Shown piece by piece: positions 56,318 through 64,000 of a stretch of 64,000 nucleotides of DNA. The notes beneath the pieces are model-generated. The model searched no databases, was not told the DNA's origin, and saw only the letters and a list, made by a program, of their open reading frames with translations. The DNA is from the human T2T-CHM13v2.0 reference genome, Homo sapiens: assembly GCF_009914755.1 (NCBI RefSeq), contig NC_060928.1, one strand, 5' to 3'. Every line of letters starts with the position of its first letter. Position 1 is the stretch's first letter. Both the position numbers and the translations under genes were made by a program.

Positions 56318-59159
56318 TTTAAAAGCCTTAACACTGATGCAGTAAAGCCTTTGCTGTCTTCTAAACAAATATTGAACAGGGTCATGTTACATTGTGCCAC
56401 TGATTTGTTTTCAAGTATCTATTAGGCATTTCCATTAATTGAGAATTTAGAAAAATGTTAAAATTAAATCTCACTTTACTGCCAAGAATTGTGAGCTTAT
56501 TCTTGAAGAACTAATAGTACTTAGTAAGTACCAGAATATTTCAAAAGTCTTTTGTTTTTATGATAAAACATTCTTAGTTATAGTTATCCTAGGATTAAAG
56601 AAAAAAGGTACAAATATATAAACTTTAAAATTACCTAGATCACTAGTTTTTAGTCACATCACAAAAACAAAATCTAATTTACTTTACCGTTGGTTTTTTA
56701 GTGAGTTCAATATGATTACTTAAATTAATTAAATTCAAAAAGGACATATTTTAAATGTACTATGTGAGGTAAACCACACCTGCTTTCTGCTGCTTTAATT
56801 TTGCAATACATCCACAAAGTGCATCCTCTATTCCAATCAAACTTTACTATTCTTTCTTCATAAATAAATATATATTTTTCCAGTTTGCTTGCATTATCTC
56901 AATTCCATTAACCCTATGTCTGTCATGAGTCTTATAATCCTTTTCCAGGAACAAAATGCTTCTTGGTTAAAAAATATGTTGGGGAAAATATTTGTATTTA
57001 TCCTTTTTTGTACATGCATTACTTTTTAGACAAGGCTTTAAGTCAGTAGATGATTCAGTATGATTCTCTTTAGGTAAGCAAAAATATCATTTGGAAAATA
57101 AATATATATATTCCTATGACATTTTAGGAAGGAAGTCACCCAATTTGGAATACATTATTTATTAGCATAAAACGATTTGGCAAACAGGATAGAGAGAGTT
57201 CACCTATGTGTTGTTACAGAGCTATTTACATTAGTTAGAAATTTTGTTTTTCTGCTGGAACTGTGTCATTTTCAAGTTTTGTATCGATGGCTCCATTAGA
57301 ACCCATAGAAGGAAAACTCACAGTTCTATCCCAGAGGCACAGAGCTGCTTACATATTTCATCATATTTTTAATTTTTTCTCATTTCAAATATCTGTTTTC
57401 TAGTTTTCACTGTCATCTACATAATTCCTAATGATAAGAGAGCAAGGGTTGCTCACTTGATATAGAATCAATATGTAACAAACAGAGAAAAGAGGGTATG
57501 TAAATTTTACCAGGCAAATGCAAGACCTCATTAGGTTTGTCATATAAGTTAGGTCATAATTGCAAAATGTCTTCTTTAATCTGTTAGTTTTTCTGTTTAG
57601 TTCATTGGATTTTATTTCAAATCCATTGATATCAGATTGCAGCTGTACATGTCCGTGCCCCTAGCTCTTTCCTAGAGTATTTTCAGTAAACCTGAAGCTG
57701 AAGAGACTGCAAATGGTAGGTTGGTTTCTCATTTATAGGGATTGCTATCCTTACTCTTAAATTCCAGAGGTCTTCAGTGTGGTATAGAACCTTCTGAACA
57801 AACCTGTAGGGAGGGCTTTTTACTTAGATAGATAGTAAATGAAGGTAAGGTCTTTTATTGCCTTTCTGAAATGAAACTTACCTTCATTTCCTATGTAACT
57901 AAATAAAAAGGGGTTGTCTCAGGCATTCATATATATAAAAAAATTAGTAGCTCAGCAGATGTCCCCATCAGTACTATGGGAACTGTCCATGGTTCTGTAT
58001 TTTGCTTGGTTGCACTGCCTCTGAAAGCACAATGAATTGTGATAATCCCCAACAACTATGACAAAGTTTGCTACCAATAACCTCTCCATCTTTGCATTTT
58101 TCTTTGTCTTCAGAGTGCTTTCAGCAGTTTTTCTTCAATAATGCATTTTGTCATGTAAAGATGTAATCTAACAATATTTCTTCATAAATGCCTTCTAGAA
58201 CAAAACAAAATAACACAAAACACAAGATAGTCTGATTCAGCAATTGGGAATCCAATTCACATACTTACAAAATATGAATTGGCATAATCATGCCATGGCT
58301 GCTGTGTCTTCTTATGATACAGAATGGACCTTTGATTTTTTGCATCTTTAACACTGAACAGTACACTTTCTCACCTCTGAACTCTTAAAATAGCCTGCTA
58401 ATTGAATTTTGACCTCTAGTTTATATTCTCATTAGATAATTTTAACAAGGTTGCCAGATTTTTTCCCATAAAACATTGTTTATTATCTATTACTACAGGG
58501 TTTAAAAGTATTCAGTTTATTTAAAAAGTTGTTTTAAAGTACCTTTGTTATAGACACTATGGCAAAGCCCTGGGAATAGAGCAGAATGTTGCCAGTTCTA
58601 TAGTGTCTATAGTATACTAGATACAGAAACTCTAGGACTAGGCAGAATGTTGCCTAGTTCTACAGTATCTGTAGGAATTACAGACTCTTTCCTGAAAGAG
58701 CAGAGATGATTATTAAATGCTGTAACATCCAGTCTCTTTAGGCATTCTGACTACTCCTAGCATTCTGACTTTGATCCAGGCTCCTAGCTCCTTCTTCCCT
58801 TCAATCTGTACAGAAGCTCTTTGCTCAAGCCAGAATGGCCTCTCTGTTGCAGATATTCACTGTGAACATTGTAGTGCCTCTGCTCACAACTCTTCTTTGA
58901 TAGACCCATTACCTCCATAGGAAATACCCACTTTATTTTCTGTCTAATTAGATTCTATCCATTTTTTGAGGATCTGAGGTTTTGGTTTTTTTTTTTTTTT
59001 CCTTTCTTTCATGACTACATCAGCCTAGAGTAATCTCTGTCTTTTCTGACATTCTATAGTGCTTTTCATCTGCTGGTCTCTTCCATAGTAATCATTGATT
59101 TAGCTGAAACCTCCATTTGGAGAACAAAAAGTTCCTGAGTCTTTTTCCTGAGTCACTAT

Positions 59160-59390
59160 GTATTGAGAGGGAGTTATGGCAATACATACATCTACATTCC
59201 AATGAAAACTTCACAGACTATTTGCTACATACCATGTATAACTTATTGAACTTCTGTGAGACTCATAGTCTCAAAATCCGGATGATGCTAATTTCTCCTT
59301 CCCAAGTTATCATGAGGAATAATAAGATGACGTATCTACAGACCCTGCCATATGCTATGAATTTATTAAACGTTAGCAATTATTATTATC
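59160..59390 (+). mobile_element. MIR
   Basis: TGAACTTCTGTGAGACTCA..GTTATCATGAGGAATAATAAGAT..TTAAACGTTAGCAATTATTATT. Confidence 0.6.
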
Positions 59391-60864
59391 ATTTTCAGTT
59401 TCTACCACTTTTGATTAGTTCACTTACAATTCCCAGGACTTAATGTCAATGTAGTTGTCCTTCCCTCAATTGATGTTAAAGCAGGTTCCCTCCCCATCTC
59501 TACTACTGCTATCTGTTGCTTCTTCCCCCCAAATTGACAAACATATAACTTTATACCATAGGCTACTCCTATAAAAACTGAAATTCTTTATTCCTGTGAG
59601 AAAAGCAAATTGTTGCCTGAAATATTGTAAAAGGATTAAATTCTCACATAATGTAAATTACTTTGGGGTCCTCAGAATGGTCCATACCTTAATTGCTTTC
59701 TTTACCAGTTTTGAAGTTAATACTGATGTGCTTTTATGCAGAGGTAAAGGATATAGTTGCTGAAACTTATGTCAAGGATGTACATGTATATGGATCAATT
59801 TTTATTCTTATACTCTATATCATAATTTATATCTGGGGCTACTCTTTAAAAGCATGATTGGCATAAATATTGATATATAGACATTTGTATTGACTTGAAG
59901 TTTATACACATATGGAAAGAAGGAGAAGAGACCACGCTCATATATGTACAGCTTTTTTATTCTTTTTCTCCCATGTGGTTTATATGTTTTATTTGGTTTC
60001 TTTACAATAGTGAAAAATTGTTATTCCCTCATATTGATTTTAGCCATTTCGATGTGTCTTAAGTCAACTAAATTTTTGGAGTTTTCTATCTTACAATAAT
60101 AATAATACGAACATAAAGTAAACTATTTCTAGCACTTTAAATGAAACAAAACAATACAAAATTGGAGCATAGTTATAATAATTTTGTTGAGACATTGAGA
60201 GATCCAGATTGACTTAGAAATTATTAAAGATTGTTATGTTCTATATTGTTAAGCACATTTTATGTGTCTTCTAATTCTTACCAAAAAAACCTATTAGTTA
60301 TAAGAACTTATAACTTGGATGCTGCAGTAGAACATGAATTTGCTATGGGTAGGAACACACTAATTGAAATTACTGCAGTTTTATATAGTTATTAACCTAA
60401 GTGTTGTATATGTAATTCAAACTCAGTGTGATATCCATATTTTAAAAGAATAAAGCAGGAAATTCTTTAAGAAAACCTAAATGATGGACTAGCATCTCTG
60501 TTTCAGGATGCCAAGTAAGCAAATGTTTAACCTTTTTGTCATTTAATATACCTATTTTTAAAACTTATATTTAGCAACATTGTATATTGTCCCCCATACC
60601 TAGAATAAATCAAAATTTGAAACTAGGATAAATTATTTTTAGTATTAAAGAGAATCAGATGAGCTTCAGAACTTTTTGCACGTGAGGCATACAGTGGTAT
60701 CTCTTAATATATGGAGCCCATCGACACACTGCATTATGTGAGACTAAATTTACCAGCGCTGGTAAAAACCAAAATGAACTATCTAGAGTTATTCTAGGGC
60801 ATCAGAAGATATACCTCCTACCATAAAAAAAAAAAAAAAGAATGTTAATACCGAGAGATCATGA

Positions 60865-61167
60865 TTTTTTTTTTTTTTAAGACATGGAGTTTTGCTCTTG
60901 TTGCCCAGGTGGGAGTGCAATGTCATGAGTTGCGATTTTGGCGCGCTGCAACCTCCACCTCCTGGGTTCAAGCAATTATCCTGCCTCCTCCCATGTAGCT
61001 GGGATTACAGGTGCCCACCGCCACGCCTGGCTAATTTTTGTATTTTTAGTAGAGATGGGGTTTCACCATGTTGGCCAGGCTGGTCTCAAACCCCTGACCT
61101 CGGGTCATCCACCTGCCTCGGCCTCCCAAGGTGCTGGGATTACAGGCATGAGCCACCACGCCTAGCC
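60865..61167 (-). mobile_element. AluSq-like
   Basis: GAGTTTTGCTCTTGTTGCCCAGG, GAGTGCAATG; TSD GAG(A/G)TCATGA at 60855-60864 and 61168-61177. Confidence 0.93.
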
Positions 61168-64000
61168 GAGGTCATGAATGTTATTCTTGACCCCATCATT
61201 TCCGTGAGATTAAAGCAGTTCTTCAAAACACAAATTTACTTGGACAGCAAAGGATCACATAGAGAGGTAATTTGGAATTTGAACAGAAGCCAAAGGGAAG
61301 ATTGGAGTCAGCAAATAAGGGAGAAGACACAAAAGTATGTGCTAAGTTAGGTCAGCTGAAGGTCTGAAATAAACCACTTATGATACTTCTGCCCTTAGCA
61401 TCCAACTGTCTTTAATGATCTGCAAATTTACACTATGTCTTAGTGAATAGTTGGAGCATAATATTTTTTTTGAAGAAGTGAAAAAGTCTCCTCTGGCTAT
61501 TTTCTTAATTCAGAATAATTTCGTAGCACAATTGCAAATCACATCTGAAGAAGGCCAGCCTGTCACTAAAGGTATGGCAGAGAACAGATCCTTTCCTGTT
61601 TACAGAAGCCAGAAGTACCCAGGGCTTGAAAGGTAGTGGAGAAGGGAGTGAGCAGGGTGAAACAAAAAGAGTGCAGCTAAGTAGTCCAGAAACCCTGAAA
61701 TAAATTACATTGTTGCATAGTTTTGACACTGTTTATCTTGAACCATATACAGACAAATGAAGGTCTGTTGGGAGAGATTTTCTCATGAGCAGTGATACCA
61801 GCACAACACTTTATGTAAACCTTCCTTTGAATATCAAAAAATTGACAGGTTAATGAAAGAATTATTCACTTGTTTAACTTGGATTGCCCCTTCATATGAG
61901 TAACCTCATGAAATACCTTCATGTTCAGGAAATATGTGGACTCAGATATAACAGTATTCAGAGAACTTTTAAGGAAAACCTCAGTCCTATGGAAACCAAA
62001 CATTCTTAATGTTTTAGCACCAATAAGGGCTTAGATTTCTGTTAAGAATATGAAGAAGCGTATAACCATGAGCAATATTAAAGAACAATGAAATTACCAA
62101 AGTTTCCAGCAGCATCTCAACTTCTGCTCCTGTAAGGAAAGTAGTTGGCCTTCCATTCCTTGTAGGACAAGGTTTGCTTGAGTGCTTTCTGGCATGCTGG
62201 AGGTTCCCCTTTGTGTATTGTGTGCATGATTTAGAAGAAGCTGTGTCAGCATTGATTTATACATTGACAGCTAAGGATAATAAGATATGGGCAAACATAC
62301 AGCTCACCCTTTTACAGATTAACCTGGAGACTGCATTAGGCAAATTTGATAGCATTAAAAGATTTTGCCGATTTGTCTGGAAACAATTTCTCTTTTGTAG
62401 TGTGTCAGGGGTAACACTTCATGCCATTGTACTAATTTAAATGGCTTTGATAAATTGTTCAAGAGGTTAGAGAATAGTAGTGTAGATATATATATAGCAC
62501 TTTAAAATAAAAAAGGCTATTAACTTAATTGTTAAATGAATTTAATCTGTAAAAATCAAAAGTGCTCAAGAATGTAAGTGTTTTCTTGGAACCACAGCAG
62601 CCATATTACATCATGAGACTTTAAATGTCTTCTTCGAAAATAAAATACTTCTGCATTATGTCTTAATAAGTAGAAATTATTTAGGCTATTATAATAGCAT
62701 GGATGTTAGCTATGATTTGGGGAAAACTTTAGTTTTATAAACTAAGGCTTATACAGGCAATAAAATTGTATCTTCTTTGGGGTGCACCTTTGTTAATAGT
62801 GCACGTCCTAAATTGTACCATTTGCATGACATCAAGGTAGCCTTGTGTATGATTGTGTCCCCTAGAGAACTTCTTATAAATGAGATGTGTATTTCATGAG
62901 ACATTGTCTATATACATAATTTCTAAAGTAAGGAACTTGAAGAGGCCCATCTGAAAGTCACTGGATTAAATCATTGCACCTTTATTCAGTAGTCTTGTGG
63001 GAGAAACAGCTATTTTATAGAAATGTTCAAACGGTTCTTTATGAACAGACCTCAAATATGAATTAGCCCTTTCAGTGAATGCTGAACTTGAAACGAGGAC
63101 AGGATGCATTTGTATTACGATCATAATCTTACTCCTGTTCATCCACATTCTCTCACCCAGTGCGTGCAGAGCTGAAAACTCGCCTCTTCCATGAAACATT
63201 TTGTTTCTATCTCAAGTGAAACGTCAAAATACTTTTTTAACTGAAATAATAGCATCTCTAATATTCAAGCTACTGTATTTAAACAACTGCTTGTTCAGAA
63301 AAAAAAAAAGAGTGTGGTACAGATACAATATAGTACTTCACTGTTAATTTCAACCAAGTAGAAGGCTCAATATGAACAAGAAAATTTTAATTCTAGAACA
63401 AGCAGCAGGAAAAGCAGACATAACCAAGTTTGGAGCATTCTTTTTTTGTACTATGAATTTTAACAAATAAGTGCTTAAGATATTGGAGAAGATTCATTTA
63501 CTTCAATTATGCATTATTTAGAATTTCACTGATACAGCTTTTAGGCTTTTTACCATAGATACATGTAGTGTTTTTATGATGTGCCTGTAGTATATGTTTC
63601 TTAGTGGCTTTAACCAAAATTAGCATCTTTTTAAAAAGCAAAATTGTTATTTAATACTTAAAAACCTATTTTCTGGAGAGCGATATAATTCTGGAAGTTC
63701 CTTAACTCAAAAGTATGCTGTATTTACAATGCAGAGCATTTGCATATAATGATAAAGAATGTGAATTAGTAGGATAGTGACACTTAATATAGAACAAATA
63801 CTAGCTTTCTAAAGTGTATTTCTGGTTGGGAATAAGAGCAAGCTATATGGGACATCAGTTCCCTTTCTCGATTTGGAGTCCTTGAAGGAAAACTGCTTTT
63901 AAAAGAAGGAAACCTAAAAGTAGTCTTGCTCTCTCATGCCAAGGATAGTGAAATTAACATGCAGCTGGGCTTCTCTGATAAATGGATTCTGTTAGGTCAC

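Noticed and set aside
57061-57079. Recursive-splice-like TTCTCTTTAG|GTAAGC
   Set aside because: The pyrimidine tract is only ~8 nt, and it lies in the shorter intron after the exon rather than the giant intron where recursive sites are expected. Likely chance.
60825-60878. A15 and T14 runs ~25 bp apart as a hairpin or terminator
   Set aside because: The T run is an antisense Alu tail, and homopolymer pairing is uninformative.

Overview
Primate (almost certainly human) AT-rich, CpG-poor genomic DNA lying inside the SLIT2 gene on the + strand. The only supportable coding sequence is one 72-bp phase-2/phase-2 exon at 51424-51495, which encodes the LRR repeat (L)[23 protein letters not shown](L). 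From memory this is SLIT2 exon 5, and the ORF track misses it. The rest is intron filled with about 14 Alus, MaLR LTRs (MLT1, THE1), MER58/MER5 DNA transposons, L1M, L2 and MIR relics, and microsatellites. All listed ORFs appear to be Alu-derived, microsatellite-derived or chance. I found no credible new biological system. The items most worth checking are: a 67/69-identical direct repeat bracketing the exon; a ~200-bp dispersed local duplication; a candidate in-frame 66-nt cryptic or alternative exon in a TE-poor block; two Alus inserted at the same target site; an old L1 with a twin-priming inversion; a ~440-bp self-complementary AT-rich repeat; and a PBX-HOX/MEIS composite motif. Repeat subfamily calls and the boundaries of old repeats were made by eye and are approximate.
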